A stretch of 64,000 nt of DNA from Saprospiraceae bacterium (GCA_034520175.1 JAXHNU010000028.1:74252-138251); one strand, 5' to 3'; counted from the first letter of the stretch, positions 9,492 to 19,135 are shown. Numbers and translations: made by a program. The notes: generated from the letters alone by a model not told the origin.

Positions 9492-9660
9492 GTAATTACT
9501 TAGTGAGGGATGGGCATAACCCAAAAGCGTTTTTTGCATCTCGCGCTCGCTTCGCTCGCGCGAGGGGGGAGGATGTGGTTCATTTTTCGGGCAAAGCCCG
9601 AAAAATGAACCACCTTTTCTCTTTTTAGCGAGCGAAGCGAGCGCGTGACTAAGTAATTAC
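9492..9660. repeat. nested-palindrome element, type B with extra GGGCATAACC module
   Basis: GTAATTACTTAG...GATGGGCATAACCCAAAAGCGTTTTTTGCATCTCGCGCTCGCTTCGCTCGCGC ... central hairpin ... GTGACTAAGTAATTAC. Confidence 0.8.
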
Positions 9661-9694
9661 ACTTTTTTTACACATTTTCAAAGTCAGTATTTTT

Positions 9695-10183
9695 CTAAAA
9701 TTTCAACTCAAATTTTTGTTCAATAGCGACTTTCCCAAAAGTCATTGTTTCTTTTTCTTCAACAAGTTGAAACCCAAATTTTTTGTAGAGTGCAACTGCC
9801 TCAATTTGGTCGGCAGATGTCCACAAATAAGCAAATTTGAATTGCTTATCTCGGCAATGTTGCAGCCAAAAAGTCATCATTTGTTGACCCAATCCTTTGC
9901 CTCTAAACGCTTTATCTAAATAAAACAAGCGCAACTGAGCCGCATCATTAGGACGGTGCATGAGTGCTATAAAACCAACCATCTGACCCTCAGATTCACA
10001 TATCCAAACGCCATCTTTTTTATCGTCAAAATGCGCGTAAAACTCAGCCATGACTGTACATAAATAGCCTTCAAATGGCATAGGATAGCCATATTCTTCT
10101 TTGTAAAGCAGGGCTTGGGCTTGAATAATTTTACCCAAATCGCCTGTTTTTAGGTAGTTGCGGAACTGGATATTTTTTGTCAT
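9695..10183 (-). CDS. GNAT family N-acetyltransferase
   Basis: 162 aa. Acetyl-CoA binding motif A-like segment FRGKGLGQQMM. Confidence 0.8.
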   Translation of the reverse strand: MTKNIQFRNYLKTGDLGKIIQAQALLYKEEYGYPMPFEGYLCTVMAEFYAHFDDKKDGVWICESEGQMVGFIALMHRPNDAAQLRLFYLDKAFRGKGLGQQMMTFWLQHCRDKQFKFAYLWTSADQIEAVALYKKFGFQLVEEKETMTFGKVAIEQKFELKF

Positions 10184-10268
10184 AAAATTAATATTTCCTA
10201 TCTTATCAGCCGAAGTACAACTAAGTCTGGATTTGTTGCGTCAATAATTTTCATTTTTTGTTTTTTCA

Positions 10269-10413
10269 TTTGAAACCATACATAAATTCAAAATACGCAT
10301 TAAAAGGCACTTTTGCGCTCGCTTCGCTCGCGCAAAATGAACCACATTCCCCCTCTCGCGCGAGCGAAGCGAGCGCGAGAACCAGCAGTTTAGATTTTAT
10401 GTATGGTTTCAAA
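10269..10413 (+). mobile_element. nested-palindrome MITE, type A, internally deleted (145 bp)
   Basis: Both TTTGAAACCATACATAAA termini are present. The left half of the central hairpin is deleted. Perfect 8-bp duplication TTTTTTCA at 10261-10268 and 10414-10421. Confidence 0.85.
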
Positions 10414-10429
10414 TTTTTTCACACCAAAT

Positions 10430-11038
10430 TTACAAAATAATTGTTCTAAAAGTTAAATTTACTCTTGGTTTTGTAATCAATTTTGTTGGTGGTAATCTAT
10501 GTAGCCAATTGGTTTGGGTCTCATCTTTCATAATCAATAAACTCCCGTGTTCCAAAATCAAAGAAACAATTTCTTGCGTTTCTTTGTGTTTAAAGACAAA
10601 TTTTCGTTCAGCACCGAAACTCAATGAGGCAATTGCGCCATTGAGTTTTAATTCTTTTTCGGCGTCGCTGTGCCAACCCATGCCTTCATCTCCATTGTGA
10701 TACAGATTGAGTAAACAAGAATTAAAGGTTTCGCCCGTTGCGTGTTCAACTGCCGTTTTTAGTTCCAGTAATTCCTTTGTCCAAATTAATGCTTGTTTGG
10801 TTTTTTTGGAATAAGTGTAGTTGAAGTTACTGTCACCGTACCAAGCAACTTTTCGTTTGGTAACAATTGGCTTTCCGAACATAACCAGTTCATCATTTTT
10901 CCATTCTATGGAATTGAACAAATAGTCTAAATAATTATTGGCTTCCTTTTGTGTGAATAATTTGCCGTGATAATTTACTGTGCCATCATTGGGCAATAAG
11001 TTTTTTGTCACGTCTGTTTTCGTACTAAATAAATCCAT
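10430..11038 (-). CDS. alkB: alpha-ketoglutarate/Fe(II)-dependent dioxygenase AlkB
   Basis: 202 aa. Motifs NLYHNGDEGMGWHSDAE (HxD), SLSFGAERKF and WLHRLP. Confidence 0.85.
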   Translation of the reverse strand: MDLFSTKTDVTKNLLPNDGTVNYHGKLFTQKEANNYLDYLFNSIEWKNDELVMFGKPIVTKRKVAWYGDSNFNYTYSKKTKQALIWTKELLELKTAVEHATGETFNSCLLNLYHNGDEGMGWHSDAEKELKLNGAIASLSFGAERKFVFKHKETQEIVSLILEHGSLLIMKDETQTNWLHRLPPTKLITKPRVNLTFRTIIL

Positions 11039-11054
11039 TTTTCTATTTTATTTT

Positions 11055-11270
11055 GTAACTACTTACTTGAGAGATGGGCATAACCTAAAAGCGTTTTTTG
11101 CATCTCGCGCTCGCTTCGCGCGCGCGAGGGAGGGAATGTGGTTCGTTTTTCGGCTTCGCCGAAAAACGAACCACGTCTCCTCCCTTTTGCGCGAGCGAAG
11201 CGCGCGCAAAACATCTGTTTTTAATCAAAAAACGATGTTTTTAGGTTATGCCCACTCCTCAACTACTTAG
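11055..11270. repeat. composite type B element with GGGCATAACC / GGTTATGCCC outer module
   Basis: GTAACTACTTAC ... GATGGGCATAACCTAAAAGCG ... core with GGTTCGTTTTTCGGCTTCGCCGAAAAACGAACC ... TTAGGTTATGCCCAC ... AACTACTTAG. Confidence 0.75.
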
Positions 11271-11390
11271 TTTGTTGCTCGCTTCGCTCGCAAAAAAGGG
11301 GAAAGTGGTTCGTTTTTCGGGCTTTGCCCGAAAAACGAACCACATCTTCTCCCACGCGCGAGCGAAGCGAGCGCGTGGCTAAATAATTAC
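11271..11390. repeat. type B element in tandem with the previous one
   Basis: GCTCGCTTCGCTCGC ... GGTTCGTTTTTCGGGCTTTGCCCGAAAAACGAACC ... GCGAGCGAAGCGAGCGCGTGGCTAAATAATTAC. Confidence 0.8.
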
Positions 11391-11529
11391 TTTATTTTTA
11401 TACGATCAGCAAACTTAAAGACAATATTGTGAATGAGAAAACTAATCTTCTTTTAAATTCAAATGCTCTTGATTTTGAATCTTCTAAACTTTCCATCGCC
11501 CATTTTGTTCAAAGACAAAAAATAACATC

Positions 11530-12336
11530 ATGCCCGAATTACCAGAAGTAGAAACCTATCGCCGCTACGCCGAAGCCTCCTCCATGCACCAAACCATTGC
11601 CGATTTTACGTGTGAAGACCCGCGCAAACTTCTGCTCAATCCTTACGACGAGATGCTGGAAATACTGAGGGGGTCACATTTTAGCGAAACATATCGCGTG
11701 GGGAAGCACCTTTTTATCCGAATTAGTGAAACCCATTGGGTGTACATGCACTTTGGCATGACGGGCGATTTGCATTATTTTCATCAAGACGATGAGCCGC
11801 CCCGACACGCCCGCATGGTGTTTTATTTTACCAATGGTTTTCGCTTGGGTTTTTTATGCCCGCGCAAATTTGAACGCATTGGCATTGTCGAAAACCCCGA
11901 TGCGTTTTTGAAGAAAAAAGGTATCGCTCCCGACGTAATGATGATTGATAAAAACTTGTTTTTCAACAATTTAAGTCGAAAGAAGTCCGCCATAAAATCG
12001 GTATTGCTCGATCAATCCGTGGTGGCGGGTATTGGCAATTGGCTCGCCGATGATGTTCTGTTTAAAGCTAAAATTCACCCAGAGACCCCCTCAGTATTTT
12101 TGACTGAAAACGACAAAAATCGTATTTTTGATGCCATGCAAAACATCGTACAAACCACCATAGATGCCGAAGCTAACTACAATTTATTGCCCGACGATTT
12201 TATTTTACACGCGAGAGGGTGGGGTAAGCCGCATTTGAGCGGCAAATGTCCTTGTGGAAAAGAGACAATCACAATGATACGAGTTGGCGGACGGGCGACT
12301 TATTTTTGTGAAAATCTGCAAGTCTTAAAATTTTGA
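11530..12336 (+). CDS. Fpg/Nei family DNA glycosylase/AP lyase
   Basis: N-terminal MPELPEVE (catalytic Pro2/Glu3), H2TH segment LLDQSVVAGIGNWLADDVLF, and a Cys-containing zinc-finger-like C-terminus. Confidence 0.85.
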   Translation: MPELPEVETYRRYAEASSMHQTIADFTCEDPRKLLLNPYDEMLEILRGSHFSETYRVGKHLFIRISETHWVYMHFGMTGDLHYFHQDDEPPRHARMVFYFTNGFRLGFLCPRKFERIGIVENPDAFLKKKGIAPDVMMIDKNLFFNNLSRKKSAIKSVLLDQSVVAGIGNWLADDVLFKAKIHPETPSVFLTENDKNRIFDAMQNIVQTTIDAEANYNLLPDDFILHARGWGKPHLSGKCPCGKETITMIRVGGRATYFCENLQVLKF

Positions 12337-12367
12337 TTATATCTACTGGACATGGCGTTAAATCTAT

Positions 12368-12550
12368 TTTGAAACCATACATAAAATCCAAACGCTGCTT
12401 TTCACGCTCGCTTCGCTCGCGCGAGAAGGGGAATGTGGTTCATTTTTCGGGCTTTGCCCGAAAAATGAACCACCTCTCCTCCCTTTGCGCGAGCGAAGCG
12501 AGCGCAAAGGCGTACTTTTATGCACTTTAGGATTTTATGTCTGGTTTCAA
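12368..12550 (-). mobile_element. nested-palindrome MITE, type A (diverged right arm, no flanking duplication)
   Basis: Left terminus TTTGAAACCATACATAAA. The right terminus is diverged (TTTATGTCTGGTTTCAAG). Its terminal CTTGAAACC on the minus strand supplies the TGA stop of the photolyase gene. Confidence 0.75.
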
Positions 12551-14025
12551 GTTCTGGCTTCATTTGGAATAACGTGTTTTGCCAAAATACGCTTTCCAAG
12601 CGTTTTACTTTCATCGCTTTTTTTCGTTGCCCACAATTGATCGCTCGCTTTTCTGGCGGAGGTTTTCAAGTCAATTATGGGTTTTAGATAGTCTTTTTCA
12701 AGGTCAAAACTGTAAAAAAGGGCTTCTAAAGCGGGCGTTTTTGATGGTTCGTGAATCAAGTGTGCGGGTAAATTTTGCAATTCGGGTACCCATTTTTTGA
12801 TAAAAACGCCTTCTGGGTCGTGTTTTTCAGAATTGTGCGTGGGGTTGTAAATCCGAATCGTGTTTATGCCCGTTACGCCTGCTTGCATTTGAAATTGAGA
12901 ATAATGAATGCCGGGTTCGTAATCCAAAAACATTTGTGCCAGATAGCCCACACCCGCCTGCCACGGTTGCCAAAGTGTGTGGGTGAGAAATGAAACGACC
13001 ATTGCCCGCATCCGAAAATTTAAGTATCCTGTCGTTTTTACGCACCGCATACACGCATCAATAAGTGGAAAACCCGTTTTGCCCTCTTTCCACGCTTGTA
13101 GGAGGGCATCGTCTGTTTCAGCCCGCAGGTGGTCGTAGGCAGCATTGACGTTGTGAAATTCCATTTCTACTTCGCTTTCAAACTTTTGCATAAAATGATC
13201 GCGCCAACGCAGCCTGTCCAAGAAGTTTTCAAGATTTCGCTTGCCGATTGGATAGGAAGACGCCTGTGCGTATTGAAAAACCTGCCGACTCGACAGGCAA
13301 CCCCAAGCCAAATAAGGCGAAATACGCCCACAATGAAAGCGGGCTGCTTCGGGTTTTGAAATGTTCTTCATGTACTCCTTTCCTCTGTTTTCAAGGAAAG
13401 ATTTGAGGTATTTCCAAGCCGCAATTTCACCACCCTGTTGAAAATCAGAATTGCGTTTAGTGATGTCACTCGGCAAAAGTGACCCCCTCAGTAGGACGTT
13501 GAGTTCTTGTGAGATGAGTTGATTGGCTGCTTTAAATTGCGTTAAATCAGGGTTTTGCATGGGTTTTTCGGCTATTTCCAGCCAGTCATCTTTCCATGTT
13601 TTCCGATTTTTCAAGCCCCGATAAATACCACTCATTCGGCTTTCCTGCCATTGAACACCGTGTTTTTTAAACAGTTTTTTTAAGCGTTTATCTCGTGCGT
13701 AGGTGAAGTTTGTCCCAATTTCTTCGTATGAAAAAACGGTATTTATTGTATAATTTCTCATCAATTGTTCAAAGACAAAATCTGATTCGTTATGACAAAA
13801 TACGATTTCTAAATTATTGATTTTTAAACGATTATTCAAATCTACTAAAGATTCGTACACAAACCGCCAATGCCGTACATTGCTGTCATACTGCTGCATG
13901 AGTGAGGGTTCAAAGATGTATAAGAGCAGTGTTACCCCCTCAGTATTGGACGCATTTTTCAAAGGTTCGTGGTCATGTAAACGCAAGTCTCTTTTAAACC
14001 AGACGATATTTAAGGCTTGTTTCAT
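12547..14025 (-). CDS. cryptochrome/photolyase family protein (FAD-binding)
   Basis: 492 aa. N-terminal [16 protein letters not shown] and a FAD-binding region ...[10 protein letters not shown]...[12 protein letters not shown]...WRDHF...[11 protein letters not shown]. The stop codon lies in the terminal repeat of the element at 12368-12550. Confidence 0.85.
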   Translation of the reverse strand: MKQALNIVWFKRDLRLHDHEPLKNASNTEGVTLLLYIFEPSLMQQYDSNVRHWRFVYESLVDLNNRLKINNLEIVFCHNESDFVFEQLMRNYTINTVFSYEEIGTNFTYARDKRLKKLFKKHGVQWQESRMSGIYRGLKNRKTWKDDWLEIAEKPMQNPDLTQFKAANQLISQELNVLLRGSLLPSDITKRNSDFQQGGEIAAWKYLKSFLENRGKEYMKNISKPEAARFHCGRISPYLAWGCLSSRQVFQYAQASSYPIGKRNLENFLDRLRWRDHFMQKFESEVEMEFHNVNAAYDHLRAETDDALLQAWKEGKTGFPLIDACMRCVKTTGYLNFRMRAMVVSFLTHTLWQPWQAGVGYLAQMFLDYEPGIHYSQFQMQAGVTGINTIRIYNPTHNSEKHDPEGVFIKKWVPELQNLPAHLIHEPSKTPALEALFYSFDLEKDYLKPIIDLKTSARKASDQLWATKKSDESKTLGKRILAKHVIPNEART

Positions 14026-14047
14026 AAATATGTTTTCTTCATTTTTC

Positions 14048-14200
14048 GTAATTATTTAGCCCATAGCTCTCCCGAAGGTATCGGGATGTAAACAGACTTC
14101 GCCTACAAAAAGGGGAATGTGGTTCATTTTTCGGGCTTTGCCGAAAAATGAACCACATTCTTCCGATGCGCGATGCAAGAGCGCGTGATTAAGTAATTAC
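14048..14200. repeat. type C element (GTAATTA arms, CGGGATGTAAACAG module)
   Basis: GTAATTATTTAGCCCATAGCTCTCCCGAAGGTATCGGGATGTAAACAGACTTCGC ... central hairpin ... GCGCGTGATTAAGTAATTAC. Confidence 0.78.
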
Positions 14201-14562
14201 CATTTTGCTTGATACACCACCCAACTCATGTACATAAACAAGAACTGAAACGGAATTCTGATAATTGCCGCCGTTTGGCTGCCCAAAACGGGACTGTCCC
14301 GAAAGACATCTATTACGTGCAGCACTAAAAAAGTTGATAGCAACATAACAGAAAACAAAGCTGCTTGTTTTCGATATTTTTTGAATAACAAAGCGATACC
14401 CAACGACAATTCGACCACCGCCGTCAAGCCATGAACGATGGATTTTGGTAAAAAATCGGGTATGAAACCATCTGACATTTTAGGGTTTAAAATATGCCCA
14501 ACCGACCCTGCAATGAGTAAAACGGCTAAGAAATAGGTACTGATTTTGATGAAATTTTTCAT
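14197..14562 (-). CDS. small hypothetical membrane protein (possibly DoxX-like)
   Basis: 121 aa with 4 hydrophobic helices. The stop codon comes from the GTAATTAC arm of the repeat at 14048-14200. Confidence 0.45.
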   Translation of the reverse strand: MKNFIKISTYFLAVLLIAGSVGHILNPKMSDGFIPDFLPKSIVHGLTAVVELSLGIALLFKKYRKQAALFSVMLLSTFLVLHVIDVFRDSPVLGSQTAAIIRIPFQFLFMYMSWVVYQAKW

Positions 14563-14577
14563 TTCTTCTATTTTTTT

Positions 14578-14709
14578 GTAATTACTTAGCCCGCGCTCGC
14601 TTCGCTCGAGCGGAAGGAGGAGGGGTGGTTCATTTTTCGGGCTTTGCCCGAAAAATGAACCATATTCCCCTCTTTTGCGAGAGAAGCGAGCAATAGGCTA
14701 AGTAATTAC
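14578..14709. repeat. nested-palindrome element, type B
   Basis: GTAATTACTTAGCCCGCGCTCGCTTCGCTCG ... GGTTCATTTTTCGGGCTTTGCCCGAAAAATGAACC ... GGCTAAGTAATTAC. Confidence 0.85.
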
Positions 14710-14954
14710 TTTTTTTTAACGAATTCACTTTGGAGTTGAAACCTATCATATTGATGTTCTTTTAATCTACTTTACCTCCCGTATTATTACGAAGATTGCG
14801 CTACAAAACTAAGCTTTTGTGGTTACATTTTATCTAAAGGGCTGATAACTTTTTCAATAGTGTATTTTAACCTTCTTTAATCCATCACGAAGACCCCCCT
14901 CAGTATTTTTCAACCTTTTTCGCCAAATGACTGTTTGAGTATAAAAATAATTTT

Positions 14955-15659
14955 ATGCTCAACAAAAACATTCTTATCGTTGGTGCGAGTTCTGGCATTG
15001 GTGCCGCACTTGCCGCGTCAATCCATTTGAAAGGCGCGAACGTCTATTCTGCTTCACGGCACGAAGGCGAGACCCCCTCAGTATCACACATCAATTTTGA
15101 CGCAAAAGCACCTGATTACACGGCTTTCGCGCAATTGCCCGATGTGATTCACGGCTTTGTATATGCTCCGGGAACAATTAACCTAAAGCCCTTCGGACGG
15201 CTGGCTCAAGCTGATTTTCAGAATGATTTTCAGATAAATGTCTTGGCAGCAGTGGGTATTTTACAAGCTATTTTGCCAAAATTGAAACGCGCAGAAGGGG
15301 CAAGTGTTGTCCTTTTTAGCACCGTTGCCGTGCAGACGGGTATGGGTTTTCACTCGTCGGTAGCTGTTTCAAAAGGTGCAATTGAAGGTTTGACGCGCTC
15401 TTTGGCGGCTGAGTTTGCCATACAAAAAATCCGCGTCAATTGTGTCGCTCCTTCGTTGACGGACACGCCTTTGGCTAAACAATTGTTGGCAACCGATGAG
15501 AAAAAAGAAGCAAGCAACCGCCGCCACCCAATGGGGCGTTATGGCACGCCGCAAGATGTGGCAAATGCCGCCGCGTTTCTTTTGGGTGATGAATCAAGTT
15601 GGGTAACAGGTCAGATTTTGGGGATTGATGGCGGTATGGGAAGTTTGAAAATGGTGTAA
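14955..15659 (+). CDS. SDR family oxidoreductase
   Basis: 234 aa. Rossmann motif VGASSGIGAALA and an SDR-length layout with NCVAPSLTDTPL. Confidence 0.88.
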   Translation: MLNKNILIVGASSGIGAALAASIHLKGANVYSASRHEGETPSVSHINFDAKAPDYTAFAQLPDVIHGFVYAPGTINLKPFGRLAQADFQNDFQINVLAAVGILQAILPKLKRAEGASVVLFSTVAVQTGMGFHSSVAVSKGAIEGLTRSLAAEFAIQKIRVNCVAPSLTDTPLAKQLLATDEKKEASNRRHPMGRYGTPQDVANAAAFLLGDESSWVTGQILGIDGGMGSLKMV

Positions 15660-15660
15660 T

Positions 15661-15897
15661 TTGTGGCTAACCAAAGTTTTTTATGCTGTTTTGATTATTA
15701 AGTAGTCAAAACTAAATAAATGCTGCTTTGCCTCGCCGCGATGAAATTTTAATGGAGCGAGCCGTTTTTTTTCTTAAAAATTTGGGCAAGAAGCCCAAAT
15801 TTTGACCAAAAAAAACGGCTCGCTCCCGAAAAATCCCCGCGCCGCCGAAGGCGGCGCTGCTTTTCGAGGCACTACCACAAAACTTAGGTTAATTACC
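15661..15897. repeat. second palindromic element family (GCGCCGCCGAAGGCGGCGC hairpin, CTACCACAAAA..TTAATTAC arm)
   Basis: Contains the inverted repeat GGAGCGAGCCGTTTTTTTT / AAAAAAAACGGCTCGCTCC, the hairpin GCGCCGCCGAAGGCGGCGC, and the arm CTACCACAAAACTTAGGTTAATTACC. It is related to 51859-51973. Confidence 0.55.
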
Positions 15898-15911
15898 TTA
15901 AATTAAGTAAA

Positions 15912-16454
15912 ATGACAAAATTAATGAAAGTAAGTTTTTCAATTTTAATCAGTATTTCTATAATTTTTTCTACTTTTGCAATTAACAATGCCATCAACTG
16001 GCAAATTAAACAAGGGTATAGCATTAAGTTTGCAGGTACGTCTGTCGTAGGAGTATTTGAAAAAATAAATGGAGATATTGCCTTTGATGCTAATAATTTA
16101 TCTACTTCAAAAATGACAATAAATGTAGAGGTGGCATCAATTGCAACTGGAAATTGGCTGATGAATCGGCACGCCAAAGGCGAAAATTGGTTTGATGCGG
16201 ATAAATTTCCAAAAATTAATTTTACGTCTTCTAATTTTTCAAAATCTGTAAGTGGATTTATTGTAAACGGAATTTTAGAAATGCACGGCGTAAAAAAAGA
16301 CATTGCTATCCCATTTACATTTCAAAACAACGCATTTAACGGCAATTTTAGTGTCAACAGAACAGATTATGGCGTGGGAGATTTGAATGGAATGTCTAAA
16401 AGGGTTTCTAATGAAATTAAAATAGTGATTTCTGTTCCCGTGGTAAAAAAATGA
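15912..16454 (+). CDS. YceI family protein
   Basis: 180 aa with a signal peptide. YceI-like pattern ...GTSVVGVFEKINGDIAFD...LEMHGVKKDIAIPF...DYGVG. It is a paralog (roughly 60 percent identity by eye) of 33113-33643. Confidence 0.85.
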   Translation: MTKLMKVSFSILISISIIFSTFAINNAINWQIKQGYSIKFAGTSVVGVFEKINGDIAFDANNLSTSKMTINVEVASIATGNWLMNRHAKGENWFDADKFPKINFTSSNFSKSVSGFIVNGILEMHGVKKDIAIPFTFQNNAFNGNFSVNRTDYGVGDLNGMSKRVSNEIKIVISVPVVKK

Positions 16455-16463
16455 AAGAAAATA

Positions 16464-16928
16464 TTGCGGAACAGTTACGGGCTTGCGAGGAAAAACAGAG
16501 CTAATTTTTCATTACCCAATTTAGGTATTTTAACGGCTTTTGCCTCTTCGCTTTGCTGCATAATGCCCGTTTTAGCTATTGTCGCAGGTACAAGCGGCTT
16601 GGCTTCTACTTTTTCGTGGCTCGAACCCGCAAGACCTTTTTTTATCGGGGCAACCGTTTTAGTATTGGGCTTTGCGTGGTATCAACAACTCAAACCGAAG
16701 CCGATTGATGACTGCGGTTGTCCCGTCGAGCAAAAAAAACCTTTTATGCAAACCAAGACTTTTTTAAGTGGCATCACAATCGTTTCAGCCTTGTTGCTGT
16801 CGTTTCCGAGTTACGCACACGTCTTTTTTCCAAAATCGGAAAGCCAAACCGTTGTGAATACATCAGCCGCCGTAGAAAAAGTTGAGTTCAAAATTGAGGG
16901 GCGTGTATTGCAGCTTCCAAAGTATTAG
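16464..16928 (+). pseudogene. truncated duplicate of merTP (membrane MerT-like part only; ATG start and HMA domain lost)
   Basis: 16503-16897 is collinear with 19519-19913 and nearly identical to it. The ATG of the intact copy is replaced, and the homology breaks exactly before the GMTCESC metal-binding motif (VEFKIEGRVLQLPKY* versus VEFKIDGMTCESCEHH). Confidence 0.7.
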
Positions 16929-17053
16929 GCAAAAAAATGGTGGATAGGCAATATCTCCGCTATTACAATGAGCGGATGCGTTTTGAAGTCAAAAGCTACG
17001 GTGAAGGGACGATTGTTCCGTTGGTGTTGGAGATTCCGCATAATTGAGGGATT

Positions 17054-17126
17054 CAAAAAGTCGTTTTGCAGAAGTCATTTTAAAAATACGGGGTCGTATT
17101 TTGGCACAATCCAAAATGCGACCCCT
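17054..17126 (+). repeat. about 73-bp direct repeat (left) flanking the Rpn gene; contains a terminator-like hairpin
   Basis: CAAAAAGTCGTTTTGCAGAAGTCATTTTAAAAATACGGGGTCGTATTTTGGCACAATCCAAAATGCGACCCCT. Confidence 0.8.
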
Positions 17127-17135
17127 TTGATTTTT
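17090..17135 (+). terminator. rho-independent terminator-like hairpin
   Basis: GGGGTCGTATTTTGG CACAAT CCAAAATGCGACCCC followed by TTTGATTTTT. Confidence 0.6.
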
Positions 17136-17172
17136 AAAAAGATACCTCAAAGAAGGTAAAATACTGAGGGGG

Positions 17173-18189
17173 TTAAAAATTGTGTTTTTCTTTAATTTGT
17201 AGAACAAAATCAACGGAAACGTCAAAATCTTCGGCAATTTCTTCTGTTGTCAATTTACCTCTTTTCAAGGCAATGATGATATTTTTAGTTTTTTCTTCAG
17301 TTTTACCTTTGATTATACCTTCTGTAAGACCTTCAATTTTGCCTTCAATTTTGCCTTTGATTATACCTTCTGTAAGACCTTCCAATTTACCATCACCAAA
17401 AGACGTATCAATCACATTTTTTAAATCGCGGTAGTATTTCAAGCTGTCTTCGTATTGGTCAAGCTCTTCTTTCGTAAATCGGGCTATTTCTGCCGCTTCA
17501 AAAAGTTTATCAAATATCTTTTCTTGCAACTTGCTCGGACGTTCTGTGAACGAAGATAAATGTTTCAGAACATACAACCATTTGTCATAGGTTGTTTCTA
17601 ATTCATCTTCTGTTTTCGTAAAATGAGGCATTTCTAAGTAGATAAATGTCAATTTATCATAAAAAACATGGCAATCTTGGTCTTTTAGCTGAACTTCATG
17701 CCGCACTTTTTTTGCCACAATGGGTTGTGTGGTGGTCACTTTGGCTGCCGATTTCTCCTTTTTTCCCTTTGTTTTCTTGTGCGTTTCACTGTCGTCGCTG
17801 AACGCAAAATCTAAAATTCCGACTGTGAAAACTTCGGATAACTTAAAATCCCAATCGCCCCGCTGTGCTTGCTCTTGTATCGGAAAAGAAGCGTAAAATA
17901 CACTTCTATCTTTAAAATAGTTCTGTTTTGCTTTTTGCATTTCTACAACAAAACGCTCGTTATTTGACCCGATGCAGTACAAGTCAAATATCGCTTTGCG
18001 GTCAACTTCTGTTGCACCTACGTGTTCATTTTTACGATAGGTCAAATCGGTAATTTTACGTTGCTTGGGTAAAATAGCTTCATTCAGAAAGTCAATCAGC
18101 AAGTCTTTATTCAGTTCTGTACCGAACAGTTTTTTGAATCCAAAATCCGTAAATGGATTGATATATTTATCTTTTAAAGCCATTATCAT
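17173..18189 (-). CDS. Rpn family recombination-promoting nuclease / PD-(D/E)XK putative transposase
   Basis: 338 aa. The N-terminal YINPFTDFGFKKLFGTE...LLIDFLN is typical of the Bacteroidota PD-(D/E)XK (YhgA/Rpn-like) family. The C-terminal region has an internal peptide repeat, EGLTEGIIKGKIEGKIEGLTEGIIKGK. Confidence 0.8.
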   Translation of the reverse strand: MIMALKDKYINPFTDFGFKKLFGTELNKDLLIDFLNEAILPKQRKITDLTYRKNEHVGATEVDRKAIFDLYCIGSNNERFVVEMQKAKQNYFKDRSVFYASFPIQEQAQRGDWDFKLSEVFTVGILDFAFSDDSETHKKTKGKKEKSAAKVTTTQPIVAKKVRHEVQLKDQDCHVFYDKLTFIYLEMPHFTKTEDELETTYDKWLYVLKHLSSFTERPSKLQEKIFDKLFEAAEIARFTKEELDQYEDSLKYYRDLKNVIDTSFGDGKLEGLTEGIIKGKIEGKIEGLTEGIIKGKTEEKTKNIIIALKRGKLTTEEIAEDFDVSVDFVLQIKEKHNF

Positions 18190-18201
18190 TGTTTTTTATT
18201 T

Positions 18202-18386
18202 TTTGAAACCATACATAAAATCTAAGCTGATGATTCTCTGCGCTCGCTTCGCTCGCGCGAGAGGGGAATGTGGTTCATTTTTCGGGCAAAGCCCGAAAAA
18301 TGAACCACCTCTCCTCCTTTTGCGCGAGCGAAGCGAGCGCAAAAGTGCCTTTTAATGCGTATTTTGAATTTATGTATGGTTTCAAA
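18202..18386 (-). mobile_element. nested-palindrome MITE, type A, full length (185 bp)
   Basis: Termini and core as in 620-803, in inverted orientation. Perfect 8-bp duplication TTTTATTT at 18194-18201 and 18387-18394. It sits 13 bp upstream of the Rpn gene start. Confidence 0.88.
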
Positions 18387-18491
18387 TTTTATTTCACAAA
18401 AATAACCCTTTTTTAGATTTTATTGTATTTTTTTACAATTATTACACATCTTTTAAGGACTAAAAGTAAAAACACCCAAAGGCGAAGCCGT

Positions 18492-18566
18492 CAAAAAGGT
18501 CGTTTTGCAGCAGTCATTTTAAAAAAAACGGGGTCGTATTTTGGCAAAATCCAAAATACGACCCCT
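18492..18566 (+). repeat. about 75-bp direct repeat (right) flanking the Rpn gene
   Basis: CAAAAAGGTCGTTTTGCAGCAGTCATTTTAAAAAAAACGGGGTCGTATTTTGGCAAAATCCAAAATACGACCCCT. Its 3' end merges into a CCCCTCAGTA motif copy. Confidence 0.8.
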
Positions 18567-19004
18567 CAGTAAAAATGTGATTTTTTTGTAAAAAGACTCT
18601 TTTTCAGCCTATTTTTGAAAAAAAGATTAAGTTTGTCGATATTTTTCATTAAACAAATGATAAAAATGGCGAATAGAACATTTGGGCAGTCTAAACCAGC
18701 CACCAACACCAGAACAAGGAGCTAAGATATTCACTGACCATGACATGAAAGTAGTTGGACGGCCATTACAATTTTAAAGTACTCGATGACAAAAAAAGCG
18801 GCGTACAACATGGGTTTGTGGCAAGTGGGGCGGACGGAAGATATTGAACATTAGGAATTCTTTTGTACTTTTGTTTCGTCGGACGGAAACCTACTGAACT
18901 TTTGTAAGTAATTGAACAGCACTAATTTATATCGGCGGACGTTCGGGCGGACGTGTTTCAAATTCCCCACCTGCAACACAAGCCCTATTCGTTCATTATA
19001 AATG

Positions 19005-19049
19005 AAAAATACTGAGGGGGTAGCCAAGCAACACGCTGGGCTGCCTTTT
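19005..19049 (+). repeat. 44-45-bp module: AAAATACTGAGGGGG + terminator-like hairpin + T-run (copy 1)
   Basis: AAAAATACTGAGGGGGTAGCCAAGCAACACGCTGGGCTGCCTTTT. The stem is AGCCAAGC/GCTGGGCT with one mismatch and the loop is AACAC. Confidence 0.85.
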
Positions 19050-19068
19050 ATTTTTTCTTGAAAAATAA

Positions 19069-19088
19069 ATTTAAGTATTTGCTTAAAT
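19069..19088. promoter_or_regulatory. candidate operator palindrome upstream of the mer-cassette arsR
   Basis: ATTTAAG-TATTTG-CTTAAAT (7-bp perfect inverted repeat, 6-bp spacer). Confidence 0.3.
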
Positions 19089-19101
19089 AAGAAAATAAAT
19101 A

Positions 19102-19109
19102 TACCTTTG
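19102..19109 (+). promoter_or_regulatory. candidate -7 box upstream of the mer-cassette arsR
   Basis: TACCTTTG, 27 nt before the ATG at 19136. Confidence 0.4.
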
Positions 19110-19135
19110 TGCCGTTCTCAATTAAAAAGAAAAAT

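Noticed and set aside
16937-17050. 37-codon ORF (MVDRQYLRYYNERMRFEVKSYGEGTIVPLVLEIPHN) after the truncated merTP.
   Set aside because: It is too short and has no recognisable family. It may be a gene fragment brought in by the rearrangement.
18640-19005. tRNA fragment or att site (TTCAAATTCCCCACC resembles a T-arm), or a gene remnant, in the non-coding stretch upstream of the mer cassette.
   Set aside because: I could not fold a cloverleaf or find an acceptor stem. There are only short ORFs. The repeated GGCGGACG motifs are noted, but I cannot support any specific call.
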